A stretch of DNA of 64,000 nucleotides from an uncultured Bacteroides sp. (GCA_947038155.1 CAMQVH010000013.1:317-64316); one strand, 5' to 3'; positions 10,801 through 20,640 are shown, counted from the stretch's first letter. Numbers and translations: made by a program. Notes: a model not told the origin generated them from the sequence alone.

Positions 10801-11226
10801 ATGCAAGCGCAATAGCACTTTTTTTCTTTTCAACTGCACATTGCCCACATTTTCCCAATAAAATCCGGCCTTACCGTGTTTCCCCGATTCTTTCATCGGT
10901 TTCTCATCCACACTCAAACGGAACAAGCGCGTCCCCGGCAATTTCTCATAATCCGCCGACCTTACCCATACGTTATAGTCCCCTTCTTCCATTATATTGA
11001 CGACCGTAAGCGCATCAAACTGTTCATCAAGACTTCCACCACCGTTCAAACGAAGCATGGCACTGCCCATACAATCGGCCGATCTATCCGCTGACCATTT
11101 TCCTTTGAACTGAAAAGCCTCAGCTTCAATCAAATATTTATCTTTCTGTGCATACGTGTCTAGTCCTACGATCACAAAAAGAAGGGTGCAAACAAAGTTC
11201 TTTATTATCCGGTAATTTATGTCCAT
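7798..11226 (-). CDS. Large secreted hypothetical protein: N-terminal CBM-like module plus (alpha/alpha)-toroid region; candidate CAZyme
   Basis: Signal peptide; EAE-starting beta-sandwich; helical repeats AYNLTGDEKWKRMA and LYELTKEEKYLKAA; located inside a SusC/D operon. Confidence 0.7.
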   Translation of the reverse strand: MDINYRIIKNFVCTLLFVIVGLDTYAQKDKYLIEAEAFQFKGKWSADRSADCMGSAMLRLNGGGSLDEQFDALTVVNIMEEGDYNVWVRSADYEKLPGTRLFRLSVDEKPMKESGKHGKAGFYWENVGNVQLKRKKVLLRLHDTKKNFGRCDAILLVKDHSVNPNEMDRKEIGKWRKNPVKVETKGAGFDNVSTPLLLSPDAEMVANIENPDIRLSFVKAGVNNQAIACRTEIKVKGIWRRFLSTMEDHKVFLITAEQSPVDNDKFFPSWKNAVSKRTFTVGGKEYTVQSDEDYLNPYVAGVLSEAIPVKAVNKDNKTIEVQYITKNGSTVTGYWTLPAKGNHIEVRLSCRPATDGMYSMGLSAFQPVPQPNMSNLLLPPMFQYKRVSSHPVMMLSSMMQQPLAIAESTTPLGGVMSSFICGDDTTFPQEWGSVDFSPMGFSVKNEQNVVQPVAFAPVMGMKDSRVKAGQVIERKFVVGILPTGWNEAVEYISEQVYKVKDYRKQKDVSLTEAMFNILDLMRNEEYGGWDAGLKGFYDIEGDPETAPTVVHAAPLAIVAASVFSEDEEFYLSRSLPTIEYTLSRSGYRWATDLVPGGYNKTLETLRLNPFHSQFNTSYYEGLHRLLGGLNPWLTSIALPGDTLRKTKGYSTQVLSWVQAISAYNLTGDEKWKRMATSTADRYIDLQIYRNSSQPVGLMSFYNTNVYAPWWDLIDLYELTKEEKYLKAAQYGASNTIAGIRSYPAVNEGSQTIHPGNRFDGNTNLWWKGKEKFRLGFPRVANDAQEKQVPEWLVSPVGLGFEQPSTYFLRTKGKQVRPVFMSNWAPHLLRLFQYTRKPIYETYARNGVIGRFTNYPGYYATGYTDITLSPDFPYKGPDVSSIYYHHIPPHLAFTWDYLVSEAIERSRGNIYFQSCKQEGFVWFTNRIYGNEKGKIFGDSKAKLWTKKGLVQVDNPTVNYLTAVSDKYFWVILSGESEQEESLTVRLDAVAGLVGQGDIVQYTEKGKTAKISRTGNTVKVSVPGKGFRALAFPLAEPRKEPRYPVLKNGMEVVDMGEPFGKVFLFRIRSPFGWDSVYGFAETAPAKDREMSVAVECNGQACTVASYPFEWSFYKLKMDEKAVVKVTVKSKGQTDKTKEIILNSK

Positions 11227-11229
11227 ATC

Positions 11230-13851
11230 CTATTTATATTTAATCTTTAGAACTGTCAAGCCATACGCATCAGTCGTTACGTTCCAGTTTTCCACGCCAT
11301 CCAGAGGTGTGGAACGGCCTTGATTATCCAGGCAAGATACGTCTTTCACACGGATCTTTTTTCCGGGGAACAGACATTCCGCATCCATTTCAATCAAAGA
11401 GGACTGCTTTTCATCATCATTGTTCAGCAAGATCAGGAAAACGGTCTTCTCCTTCCCGTTCACAGCAGTCATATATTCCACGTAAGGATTATCCAGCTTG
11501 AATAACCCCGGACGCATTATCAAATCGGCTTTCGTACCGAATACGATGCCGGGCGCAAAGCCATAAGTCTGGTGAGGCCCCACTTTCGGAGTGATGAATC
11601 CACCCGGATAAGTTATCTTGCCATTTGAGCGCAAGGATATTTCAGACAATAAATAGTCGGTAATCCATCCCACCTGCCACCAGGCATGATGAGGATAAGG
11701 TCCCGCCCCATTATTCATCGAATCCCAATAGTAAGAAGCGACTCCCGTTTTCAAGTCCACAAACGCATCTCTTCCTATGGCTGCGGCACGTGCCATATTC
11801 AGGAATAACGAGTCCTTTGTCAGCCCATACATCCGTACGAACATTCCGGCATGGCTGGCTAATAATATCGGTCCGCGGTGATTGGCTGAACCGGCCACCC
11901 CACCATGTTCGAAACTCAATCCCACCTGACTGATTTCCCAGTCTTTCCGGGCTATCCCTTTTACCTGTTTCACCGTTTCTGTCGGAATAGGATGCGTATA
12001 AACCGATGCCGTATAAATCTTAGCCGCCGATATAGCCGCTTCTTTATACTTCTCGTCTTTTGTCACATTATACAGTTCCAACAAAGCCTGTACACTTTGT
12101 GCTGTCGCAAAATCCGGCACGAAACGTGTGTCACCGCAAACACCCAGGAAATGTCCTTTCCTTACAGCGTTCTCCACATACCAGTCCGCTCCTTGTATGG
12201 CAGCTTGCAGATACTTCTTATCTTTCAATATCTCGTAAGCAATCAACAGTCCATAAAACGTAGGCCGCAAGTCCGCAATATCGGTAAAGATGGGTTCCAA
12301 TGTTTTGTTCTCATAAGCCACTTCCCATTGTCCGTTAGGTTTCATCCATTCCAACAAACGGTCGGCAGCCAGTCTGACGTGCTGTTTCAGTTCCTTTTGC
12401 TGTGGTTCGAAAAGCAGGATATTGCCCATGTCCATCAACATGTAATAAGTAGTAGCAATGGGTTCCGTATAAGGTCCCCACTCTTCGGTGAACCGTTTAC
12501 TCTTATACAAATAATACTGTCCGGCAGAAGAGCCATATAGGAAATCTTTCTCCGCATGTTGTTGCATCAGTTTAAAATTCAACGCATTCGGCAGTCTCTT
12601 CCGTGTCAGACGAGGATCATCCGTCAACTTTGCCAGCATCCACATAGCCCCGTAATCGGAGTTTTTCATGGCGTCTTTTTCCGAATCATACACACCACCC
12701 AGATAATCCTGTGCTCCAATCGTCACTCCCTTATATACGTGGTTGTGCCATTTGGAAGTACTGTCATTAGTAAGGTATGCGTGCATATCGTAAAGCCTCT
12801 GTGTCAATGAATACTTAGTCTGTTTCAACTTTAGAAAATCAGTGAAACGATAAATATCATTAATCGCATGTTTCAGTACGGCATACCAGTCCGCTTTCCG
12901 GATGGTATAACGGAAAGAGAAAGAGAGACTGTCCCCTACATGAACCGATGAGTTCTTCTCTCCCAACACAGGATGATAAAGCGTAGGGGAGAACTCTCCT
13001 TCCCGGTTCATGACCGACAATCCGAGTTGCCATTCCGCATGCAACTTTTTATCCTTCGGCCAAGGATCCCTGCCCGTACCCGGTTCGGCTGTGACGGCAA
13101 CGGTCACGCCCTTTTTGTCCGTTATCAATGCGGACAATGTAGAAGCGGTGCGTTCTCTTGCCACCACCGGTACATCGGGGATTCCCTGCCCATAACCATA
13201 CGCTTGCACAAAATCCGTGTTTATGGCATTCCCCTGAAATATTCCAGGAACAGTAGCCCACTGAAAATTATATTTATCTATTGAAACCAGCGAAGGAGTT
13301 GCCAAAGAATAATAGCCGTCCCTCTTGGGATACAAGATGAAATCAACTTTAATATCATTCTGATGAACCGGATCCAGACACCACTTTTCTGTAATGCGCA
13401 TCGTTTCATCTTCGTACCGGAAACAGAGCTCCGTATCGGAAATACGTTTTACAGAGGAAGGGTGAAAAACCAGATTCTCCCCTGCCTTATTCAAGGCAAC
13501 AGCATTGGTATTCTGCTGCCATGAAGGAATAATGTAGCGATACTGTGGAGCTGGGAAAAGAATCTCTTTTCCCGTATTGTCATATAGTTTCTGCGATGTG
13601 GTTCCGGGTTTGGACGTAGCGTATAAAACGTTATGCTGATAGTTGGCAGTTTCCATAGAGTTCCATCCGTCGGATCCCTTCACTTTCAGCGTTTCCAAAG
13701 TATATCCGTCGGCATCCTTTTTCCACCTGAGTTCAAGTTGGTCGTTAGCCAATCGCACTACCGACAGTTCCTGGGCCGGTAAAGCGACAGACAAGCTTAG
13801 TGCTACACCTATAGAAAAATAGTTAATGAAATTCTTTGGCATCCCTTTCAT
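11230..13851 (-). CDS. Secreted hypothetical (alpha/alpha)6-toroid protein, distant paralog of 7798..11226; candidate CAZyme
   Basis: Signal peptide; repeats AYEILKDKKYLQAA, LYNVTKDEKYKEAA and MYGLTKDSLFLNMA; shares alignable blocks with the downstream ORF. Confidence 0.7.
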   Translation of the reverse strand: MKGMPKNFINYFSIGVALSLSVALPAQELSVVRLANDQLELRWKKDADGYTLETLKVKGSDGWNSMETANYQHNVLYATSKPGTTSQKLYDNTGKEILFPAPQYRYIIPSWQQNTNAVALNKAGENLVFHPSSVKRISDTELCFRYEDETMRITEKWCLDPVHQNDIKVDFILYPKRDGYYSLATPSLVSIDKYNFQWATVPGIFQGNAINTDFVQAYGYGQGIPDVPVVARERTASTLSALITDKKGVTVAVTAEPGTGRDPWPKDKKLHAEWQLGLSVMNREGEFSPTLYHPVLGEKNSSVHVGDSLSFSFRYTIRKADWYAVLKHAINDIYRFTDFLKLKQTKYSLTQRLYDMHAYLTNDSTSKWHNHVYKGVTIGAQDYLGGVYDSEKDAMKNSDYGAMWMLAKLTDDPRLTRKRLPNALNFKLMQQHAEKDFLYGSSAGQYYLYKSKRFTEEWGPYTEPIATTYYMLMDMGNILLFEPQQKELKQHVRLAADRLLEWMKPNGQWEVAYENKTLEPIFTDIADLRPTFYGLLIAYEILKDKKYLQAAIQGADWYVENAVRKGHFLGVCGDTRFVPDFATAQSVQALLELYNVTKDEKYKEAAISAAKIYTASVYTHPIPTETVKQVKGIARKDWEISQVGLSFEHGGVAGSANHRGPILLASHAGMFVRMYGLTKDSLFLNMARAAAIGRDAFVDLKTGVASYYWDSMNNGAGPYPHHAWWQVGWITDYLLSEISLRSNGKITYPGGFITPKVGPHQTYGFAPGIVFGTKADLIMRPGLFKLDNPYVEYMTAVNGKEKTVFLILLNNDDEKQSSLIEMDAECLFPGKKIRVKDVSCLDNQGRSTPLDGVENWNVTTDAYGLTVLKIKYK

Positions 13852-13860
13852 TTTTATCAG

Positions 13861-15564
13861 TTATTCTTTTACTTCAATATTTAATTTCACTTGCGAGTAA
13901 TTACTTCCGTCATACCAGTCGAATACAGCTTTATAAATGCCGGGAGTATTGTAAGTATGTACGTAATCTCTGGAAGTGACACTATTTAGAGAGACTCCCT
14001 TATCAGGAGTACCTTTTCTGAGATTAAAAGCTTTCGATATAGCCCAATCATCATTTTCCGGTTGGTTTGCCCCTCCGTCAATCAATATCTGACTGGAAGA
14101 AACTAAATTCCATGTTACAGCGGGATTTTTAAAATCGACAGCTTTCCACCCCATTGTAGACATCGCCGCCAAACTATTCCTTACGCCTTCAGGAGAAATC
14201 AAATCAAGGGTTATTGCTCTAACGATCCAATTATTCTGCCTGGGCTTTTCAGTATCCCTGTATCGGAAAGCCACATAAAGTTGAGCGTTCGGGTCATCAC
14301 CTGCATACTCTTTCAAACTAACTTCTCCGGAAGGAGTGCGATCCACTCCTGACGAGAATGTAAACTTCTCAGACAAATCAACCCAATCGGCAGCCTCCAC
14401 ACTTTCTTCATCATAAATACCATTAAAATCATTAGATACCAGAAACTGCAGATTCTGATAGATCTCACCATAACGCACCCAAGTCGAGAAATTCACCACC
14501 ATATCATTATCCGCATAGAATCTCTCCCTGAAGTCAAAGTTATGTCCGCTTTCTCCGGAATAGAAAACTACATTGTTGGCATTATTACCCGTCAGGCTAA
14601 ACGTTACAGGCTCTCCCGCCTTACATTCCACCTTATCCGGCAAAACGCTCAACGAAGCGGGAATCTCTTCTTCCACCGTACCTCGCACCTCTACAGTCAG
14701 TCTTGTCAATCCATGATCACTGCCATTGTACCAGTCGGATGTCGTTTCAAATACAACCTCATAGATTCCCGGTTTAGTATATATATACTTATACTCATCC
14801 ATCGTCGTACTGATATTCTTCAATGCAACCCCCGTATCGGGAGTGGTTTTCCGGGCATCAAAAGCCTGCGAAATAATCCAGTCCACATTCTTCGGCTGGT
14901 TATTTCCTCCATTTATCTGTATTTGGCTGGTAGAAGAAGTATTCCATGTCACAGCCGTATTCTCAAAATCAACGACTTTCCAACCCATAGTAGGCATCGT
15001 AGCCAAGTTACTTCGCACGCCTTCAGCAGAAACACAATCAAGTGTGATGGAACGGATAATCCAATTATTCTGTTGTGCCTTTTCTTCATCCTCATAACGG
15101 AATGCAACAAACAACTTGGCATCCTCGGCCGCACCGACATACTCTTTCAAATTCACCTCTCCGGAAGGAGTCTGATCATCTCCTACCGAGAAACGGAACT
15201 TATCGGATAAATCAATCCATGTAGCTGCTTCCACATTCTCCTTGTCATAGACTCCACTGAAATCAGAAGATACCAAGAATTTCAAGTTATGATAAATATC
15301 TCCGTAACGCACCCAGGAGTTGAAATTGACCAACAGGTCACCATCTGCGTGATATCTCTCTTTATAAGCATAGTTATGCCCGACCTCTCCCGAATAGAAC
15401 ACTATATTATCCGGATTTCCGTTCAGTTTGAAAGTCACAGGTTCGCCCACCTGATAGACTTGTTTATCCAGCGCCACCTTCAGTTCCACACTTGGAGCCT
15501 CATCTTCCACGCAGGAAACCAGCCCCACAAGTAACAAACCGCAATATCTTATTATATTTTTCAT
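13861..15564 (-). CDS. Surface lipoprotein with tandem DUF5017-like repeats (probable surface glycan-binding protein)
   Basis: Lipobox LVSC followed by acidic VEDE; two ~270-aa repeats (GEPVTF..FYSGE.GHN..SWVRYG..W.DLS.KF); immediately downstream of susD. Confidence 0.75.
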   Translation of the reverse strand: MKNIIRYCGLLLVGLVSCVEDEAPSVELKVALDKQVYQVGEPVTFKLNGNPDNIVFYSGEVGHNYAYKERYHADGDLLVNFNSWVRYGDIYHNLKFLVSSDFSGVYDKENVEAATWIDLSDKFRFSVGDDQTPSGEVNLKEYVGAAEDAKLFVAFRYEDEEKAQQNNWIIRSITLDCVSAEGVRSNLATMPTMGWKVVDFENTAVTWNTSSTSQIQINGGNNQPKNVDWIISQAFDARKTTPDTGVALKNISTTMDEYKYIYTKPGIYEVVFETTSDWYNGSDHGLTRLTVEVRGTVEEEIPASLSVLPDKVECKAGEPVTFSLTGNNANNVVFYSGESGHNFDFRERFYADNDMVVNFSTWVRYGEIYQNLQFLVSNDFNGIYDEESVEAADWVDLSEKFTFSSGVDRTPSGEVSLKEYAGDDPNAQLYVAFRYRDTEKPRQNNWIVRAITLDLISPEGVRNSLAAMSTMGWKAVDFKNPAVTWNLVSSSQILIDGGANQPENDDWAISKAFNLRKGTPDKGVSLNSVTSRDYVHTYNTPGIYKAVFDWYDGSNYSQVKLNIEVKE

Positions 15565-15595
15565 GTTCGATTATTTTAAAAAGGATAAAAATCAA

Positions 15596-17203
15596 TTACC
15601 ACCCCTCGTTCTGAGTCATCAGCTTGTTTACGGTAATCTCTGTATTCGGAATCGGGAAGAGCACATTACGGTCTGTCGTATTCTCTCCTACCCTGCTCGC
15701 ATATTTAAATTCTGACGGAGCAGTCGTTGAAATTTCCGTTCCAAAAGCCTTCATTGTAGCTACATATTCTCCCCAACGAAGCAGGTCGAGTTTGCGCATA
15801 CCTTCAAAGCAAAGTTCTCTGAACCGTTCTTTCTTCACTTCTTCCAAAAAATCCGTCTTAGCCAAATCCGCCGGGAGATCCACCGTTGCATCGGCGGTAT
15901 GAACCGGTTTCCCATAGGCTCTTCTTCTCACCTGATTGATTGCGTCATACGCCTCATCGGTTGGGCCGTTGACCTCATTCTCCGCCTCAGCTTTCATCAG
16001 CAGGACATCACTGTAACGGATAACAGGAAAGTTGGTGGAGTTGAAGAGCCGGGCTTTCTGTCCTGTCTCGTACTCTCTTCTCCATTTTCCCGGATTACGA
16101 TTATATATCTGAGTAGCCGAGAACATTACTTTTTTAGTAACCTGAACCACTTCTACCTCCTGGGTCTCTTCATTGACCTTTGTTTCTTCCACTACATTAT
16201 AATAATAAGGAGCAGCATTCCAGTCCCTGCGCAAGTCACCTTCCCCATACGAGTCGTAGAGTCTTTTAGAAGCCTTCATCGCACCACCGGAGTAACCAAT
16301 TGATTCGTCACGGCACAAGATGCCATTCTCCACTCCTACGGAACCTGCCAAATCGACCGTACCGATTTTATTGCCATACATACCCACTTCCCAAATACAC
16401 TCTTTGTTATCATTGATATCTTGCGAATGATTGATAAAGATTTGCGCATAATCCGAATTCAGCTCATGCTTTGTCGAAGCAATCACCTTGTTGGCATACT
16501 CCAAAGCATCTTCATAGCGTGCCTCATCTTTCAACGGCTCACCCGCCATTTTCAGGAACACCCTTGCCAGGATAGCTTGAACTCCCGTTTTGGAGATTCG
16601 CTCATTATGGCCAAGCGCATCAATATCCAATACCAGTTTTTCCGCTTCCTGCATATCCTTTACAATCTGTTTGTAAATATCCGCCAGTGGCGATTTCGCC
16701 AGATAGTTATCATTGGCAGACATTGTCGGAGTAAGTTTCAACGGCACTTCACCAAAGAAAGTGGTCAGCAGATAATAGTAATATCCTCTCAGGAAGAGAG
16801 CCTCTCCCTTGGCAGCTTTCATCACATCCGTACTCAGTTCTTTGTCCTCAACGCTATATAGCAGAAGATTGGCTCTGTTCACTCCTTCATACAGCACTTC
16901 CCAAAAACGTCCGACATCCAAATCAGCGGCATCCATTGCACCCGCACGGATATTAGTGTTGTTAAAATTATTGGTATAAAAAGACTCATCGCTCAGCACA
17001 AAGAAGCTGAAAAGTCCCTTACTGTACATTCTTCCGTTTGTGTCAATCAGACGATTATACACTCCGTTCAACGCCTGCAACAGTTCGCTTTCCGTATTGT
17101 AATAATAATCAGGAGAAACGAAGTCCGGTTCTTTATCCAGTATGTTCGAGCAGGAAGTTGCCAACAGACATACGGTCATCCATAACAATATAGTATGCTT
17201 CAT
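15596..17203 (-). CDS. susD: SusD/RagB family lipoprotein
   Basis: Lipobox ATSC; GEALFLRGYYY, IRYSDVLLMKAEA, ERFRELCFEGMRKLDLLRWG, C-terminal QNEGW. Confidence 0.95.
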   Translation of the reverse strand: MKHTILLWMTVCLLATSCSNILDKEPDFVSPDYYYNTESELLQALNGVYNRLIDTNGRMYSKGLFSFFVLSDESFYTNNFNNTNIRAGAMDAADLDVGRFWEVLYEGVNRANLLLYSVEDKELSTDVMKAAKGEALFLRGYYYYLLTTFFGEVPLKLTPTMSANDNYLAKSPLADIYKQIVKDMQEAEKLVLDIDALGHNERISKTGVQAILARVFLKMAGEPLKDEARYEDALEYANKVIASTKHELNSDYAQIFINHSQDINDNKECIWEVGMYGNKIGTVDLAGSVGVENGILCRDESIGYSGGAMKASKRLYDSYGEGDLRRDWNAAPYYYNVVEETKVNEETQEVEVVQVTKKVMFSATQIYNRNPGKWRREYETGQKARLFNSTNFPVIRYSDVLLMKAEAENEVNGPTDEAYDAINQVRRRAYGKPVHTADATVDLPADLAKTDFLEEVKKERFRELCFEGMRKLDLLRWGEYVATMKAFGTEISTTAPSEFKYASRVGENTTDRNVLFPIPNTEITVNKLMTQNEGW

Positions 17204-17227
17204 ATATAACGTTTTGATTTTAAAGGT

Positions 17228-20200
17228 TTAAAAAGAAATGTCAACTCCTAAAGTGATAGTTCTCGGCCTTGGATAAGGAGACCAGTCGAAAGAAGGCGTC
17301 AGTGCCGTGGGACGGGTGGAAACCTCCGGATCCGGTCCGGAATATTTGGTCCAGGTAATCAGGTTCTGCGCAGAAGCATATACTCTCAACGACTTGATAT
17401 TTATCTTTTTCAGCCATGCATTCGGCAGCCTGTATCCTAAAGCAACCGTTTTCAGGCGCAGGAAAGAACCGTCTTCAATGGTACGCGATGAATAAACAGC
17501 CGGTCCCTGTCCACCTATCCGGTAGAGTTCGTTCGTCTGGTTCTCGGGAGTCCAGCGGTTGGCAAAAGAAGCAAACATATTCAGTGAAGTACGGGCATTC
17601 GGGTCGCCACCTTCAAACTCAATGCGGTTAGCATTCAGCACATCGCCTCCGTAGCTCCATTGGAAGAATACATTCAGGTCGAAGTTCTTGTACTGGAAGT
17701 TATTGCCGAAACCACCGATATGTTTCGGGTTCGGGTTGCCGATAATAGTCAGGTCATAGTCGTTCACCACCCCATCGCGATTGATATCCTTGAACTTGAT
17801 ATCTCCCGGCTGAATCTTCTCACGTGCATTTCCATTATTGGGGACACCGTCTTTCAATATATACGATTCTCCTACCTTATCGAAATCGGTATATTGGTAA
17901 ACTCCGTCAAAAATATGCCCGTAGAACATGGCGATCGGATGTCCCGGAATGGCGATATACGGATAAGCGTTGTTGAAGTTACCCCAGTTCACACGGCTTG
18001 CCAGGCTCGGCTCGTCATCATTCAGTGACAACACCTTGTTGCGGTTGAACGAGATATTGAAGCTGGAAGTCCAGGAAAATTCCTTCGTCTGTATGTTTTT
18101 AGTGTCAATAGTAAACTCAAGTCCTGAGTTGGAAACCGATCCTACATTCCGATAGGCGGACAAGAACCCCATGCTCGGTGCCAACGTAGCATTCAACAGC
18201 AAATCTTTCGTTTTCTTATAGTAATAATCTGCCGTGAACGAAATCCGGCTATCCAGGAATGACATATCCAATCCGATGTTGGTCTGCACGGTAGTCTCCC
18301 ATTTCAGTTTGGGATTTCCCAGCGTTTTCGGCACTACCCCTTTACCCGGCGTGTTGCCTGTGCTATATCCGGAATCTGCCGTTATCTGCAAGGCTGTCAA
18401 TGCTGCATAATCCGTCACGCGGTTATTACCCGTCGTACCGATACCGGCTCTCAGCTTACCGCTGCTGATCCATTTGATATTTTTTATGAATTTCTCTTCA
18501 CCAAATCCCCACGCGGCAGAAGCAGATGGGAAATAAGCCCAACGGTTATCTTTCGGGAATTTCGACGAACCATCGGCACGGAATGAAACGGTCAGCAGAT
18601 ATTTGGACTTATAATTATAGTCTGCTCTTCCCAAATAAGAAACCAAACCGTTGTCCGTCTTGCTGATAGTGGCGGAAGTCAGTTCGCCTTCATCCAGTCC
18701 GGCAATTCCCAATGCCTCATTAGGGACATTGATTGCTCTGATTTCATCAATAAACGTACTATTATCCTGCACGGTAAAGCCACCCAGAACTTTCAGACGG
18801 TGTCCCTTCTTTAAAGGAACATTATAAGTCAGTGTATTTTCATTCAACAGGCTTGTCCGCTCCGTGTTGGTGATCCAACCGTTCACCTTATTGTTGGTAT
18901 GACGATGGCCTCCTCGCGAATTAGAGTTATAGAAGACTTCTTTGCGTTGGTGTATCTTGTTATATCCACCCGTAATCTTCAGGGTCAGATTTTTCAATAT
19001 TTTATATTCCAAATAAGCGTTGCCAATAAAATTGTAAGTGAACAACGGATTATACTCATTCTCTGCAGCCATTAAGGGATTGATACGAAGATCGGTAGTC
19101 GGGTCAGTTGATTCATCATACAGGTCATTCAGCAAGTCACCGTCATTGACACCTGCCACCGGGCGATACCCCCACAGAGCATACATCAAGCTAGCCGTAG
19201 GACTGGTCTGCGATTCAGATACAATAGTACCATATTTCTTTGAATATGTATAGTTGGCATTAATTCCCACTTTAATCTTCTTATTAATAGTCTGATCGAG
19301 CACGAAACGCCCCTGATATTTTTTGTAACCGCTATTCAGCATAATACCTTGCTGATCTACCAATGACCCTGAAACAGAGTATCTCGTCTTTTCAGTACCA
19401 CCCCTGACAGCTATATTGTGGCTATGCACCAAAGCATCCCTATACACCTTGTCCTGCCAGTTGATACCTTCGATGTTGCGATAATCTTCCAATGTCCTTT
19501 CGCCAGCCAAATAACGCTTACTGTAAACATTGTAGTCCGCTTCCAACTGATAGCGTACAAACTCATAAGGATCAAGCATTTCCTGCTGCTTGATAATTTG
19601 CTGTACACCTACCCAGCCATTGTATGTCACGGTAGGCGAACTAACCTTTCCTTTCTTTGTAGTCACCAGAATTACCCCGTTCGCACCTCTTGCACCATAG
19701 ATAGCCGTAGCCGACGCATCTTTCAAGATTTCGATAGACTCTATTTCTTCGGGATTCAGCATATTTCCCACCGCCATTTCCAGCGGAAAGCCATCCACTA
19801 CATACAAGGGAGAATTATCCTGAGTTACCGAGTTATTACCGCGAATGACAATCTGCAAATCACTGCCCGGCTGCCCGTCGGACGAAGTTACCTGTACACC
19901 CGCTACACGCCCTGCAAGACTTTCTTCAAAGTTAAAAACCGGCGCTTTACGCATATCTTGCACATTCGCCTTTGCTATAGCCCCTGTCAAATCCTTACGA
20001 GGTCCGGAACCATATGCAGTAATTACCACTTCCTCCAGTAATTCAGAAACGGCACGCAAGCGAACAGTCAGTTTCTTTCCATCCGCTACCGTCACCGTCT
20101 GCTTCTCATATCCGATAAAAGAAACCTCCAGATTTATGTTATCGCCATCCACCCGGATAGAAAAGTTCCCATCCAAGTCACTGATAGTACCCACACTTTT

Positions 20201-20422
20201 CCCGGCGACTGCTATAGAAGCCCCGATAATTGGTTCTCCTGTTTCAAAATCAATCACCGAGCCAACTACCGTTCGCGTTTTTGCCTGTTGGGCAACCTCC
20301 ACACTGTTTATTTTTGAAACATCTTCTGCCGAATATACTACAGAAGAAAAGGAAATAGATAAATACACAAGACTACAGCATCTAATGTACCACTTCGCTT
20401 TTGAAATAACTGCGTTCTTCAT
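17228..20422 (-). CDS. susC: SusC/RagA TonB-dependent transporter
   Basis: PLYVVDG, IESIEILKDASATAIYGARGANGVILVTTKKG, LKWETT, C-terminal YPRPRTITLGVDISF. Confidence 0.96.
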   Translation of the reverse strand: MKNAVISKAKWYIRCCSLVYLSISFSSVVYSAEDVSKINSVEVAQQAKTRTVVGSVIDFETGEPIIGASIAVAGKSVGTISDLDGNFSIRVDGDNINLEVSFIGYEKQTVTVADGKKLTVRLRAVSELLEEVVITAYGSGPRKDLTGAIAKANVQDMRKAPVFNFEESLAGRVAGVQVTSSDGQPGSDLQIVIRGNNSVTQDNSPLYVVDGFPLEMAVGNMLNPEEIESIEILKDASATAIYGARGANGVILVTTKKGKVSSPTVTYNGWVGVQQIIKQQEMLDPYEFVRYQLEADYNVYSKRYLAGERTLEDYRNIEGINWQDKVYRDALVHSHNIAVRGGTEKTRYSVSGSLVDQQGIMLNSGYKKYQGRFVLDQTINKKIKVGINANYTYSKKYGTIVSESQTSPTASLMYALWGYRPVAGVNDGDLLNDLYDESTDPTTDLRINPLMAAENEYNPLFTYNFIGNAYLEYKILKNLTLKITGGYNKIHQRKEVFYNSNSRGGHRHTNNKVNGWITNTERTSLLNENTLTYNVPLKKGHRLKVLGGFTVQDNSTFIDEIRAINVPNEALGIAGLDEGELTSATISKTDNGLVSYLGRADYNYKSKYLLTVSFRADGSSKFPKDNRWAYFPSASAAWGFGEEKFIKNIKWISSGKLRAGIGTTGNNRVTDYAALTALQITADSGYSTGNTPGKGVVPKTLGNPKLKWETTVQTNIGLDMSFLDSRISFTADYYYKKTKDLLLNATLAPSMGFLSAYRNVGSVSNSGLEFTIDTKNIQTKEFSWTSSFNISFNRNKVLSLNDDEPSLASRVNWGNFNNAYPYIAIPGHPIAMFYGHIFDGVYQYTDFDKVGESYILKDGVPNNGNAREKIQPGDIKFKDINRDGVVNDYDLTIIGNPNPKHIGGFGNNFQYKNFDLNVFFQWSYGGDVLNANRIEFEGGDPNARTSLNMFASFANRWTPENQTNELYRIGGQGPAVYSSRTIEDGSFLRLKTVALGYRLPNAWLKKINIKSLRVYASAQNLITWTKYSGPDPEVSTRPTALTPSFDWSPYPRPRTITLGVDISF

Positions 20423-20513
20423 GGTGCAATACTTAATTTCTCGTTAACAATTTAAATGGAATATCTAAGTTTTCAACGCTAGCAACTGGTCTACTCTGGT
20501 CTGCTAGACCTTG

Positions 20514-20544
20514 CAAACATAGTGATTATTTATTAAACTCCAAA
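20514..20544 (-). promoter_or_regulatory. Sigma-A promoter of the PUL1 operon
   Basis: Minus strand TTTG (20544-20541), 19-bp spacer, TATGTTTG (20521-20514). Confidence 0.7.
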
Positions 20545-20640
20545 TAAATTTAAAGAAAAAAGCATAATCATTCCTGCAGGATTCTCCAGAAAGCCCATAA
20601 ACAAAGGGAAGTGCACTTTTATTTTTTTTTCATAAGCAGG

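Noticed and set aside
11230-13851. Glycerophosphodiester phosphodiesterase, a label I recall on similar proteins
   Set aside because: No GDPD HRG or E-x-D motifs are visible; the helical toroid repeats argue for a different fold.
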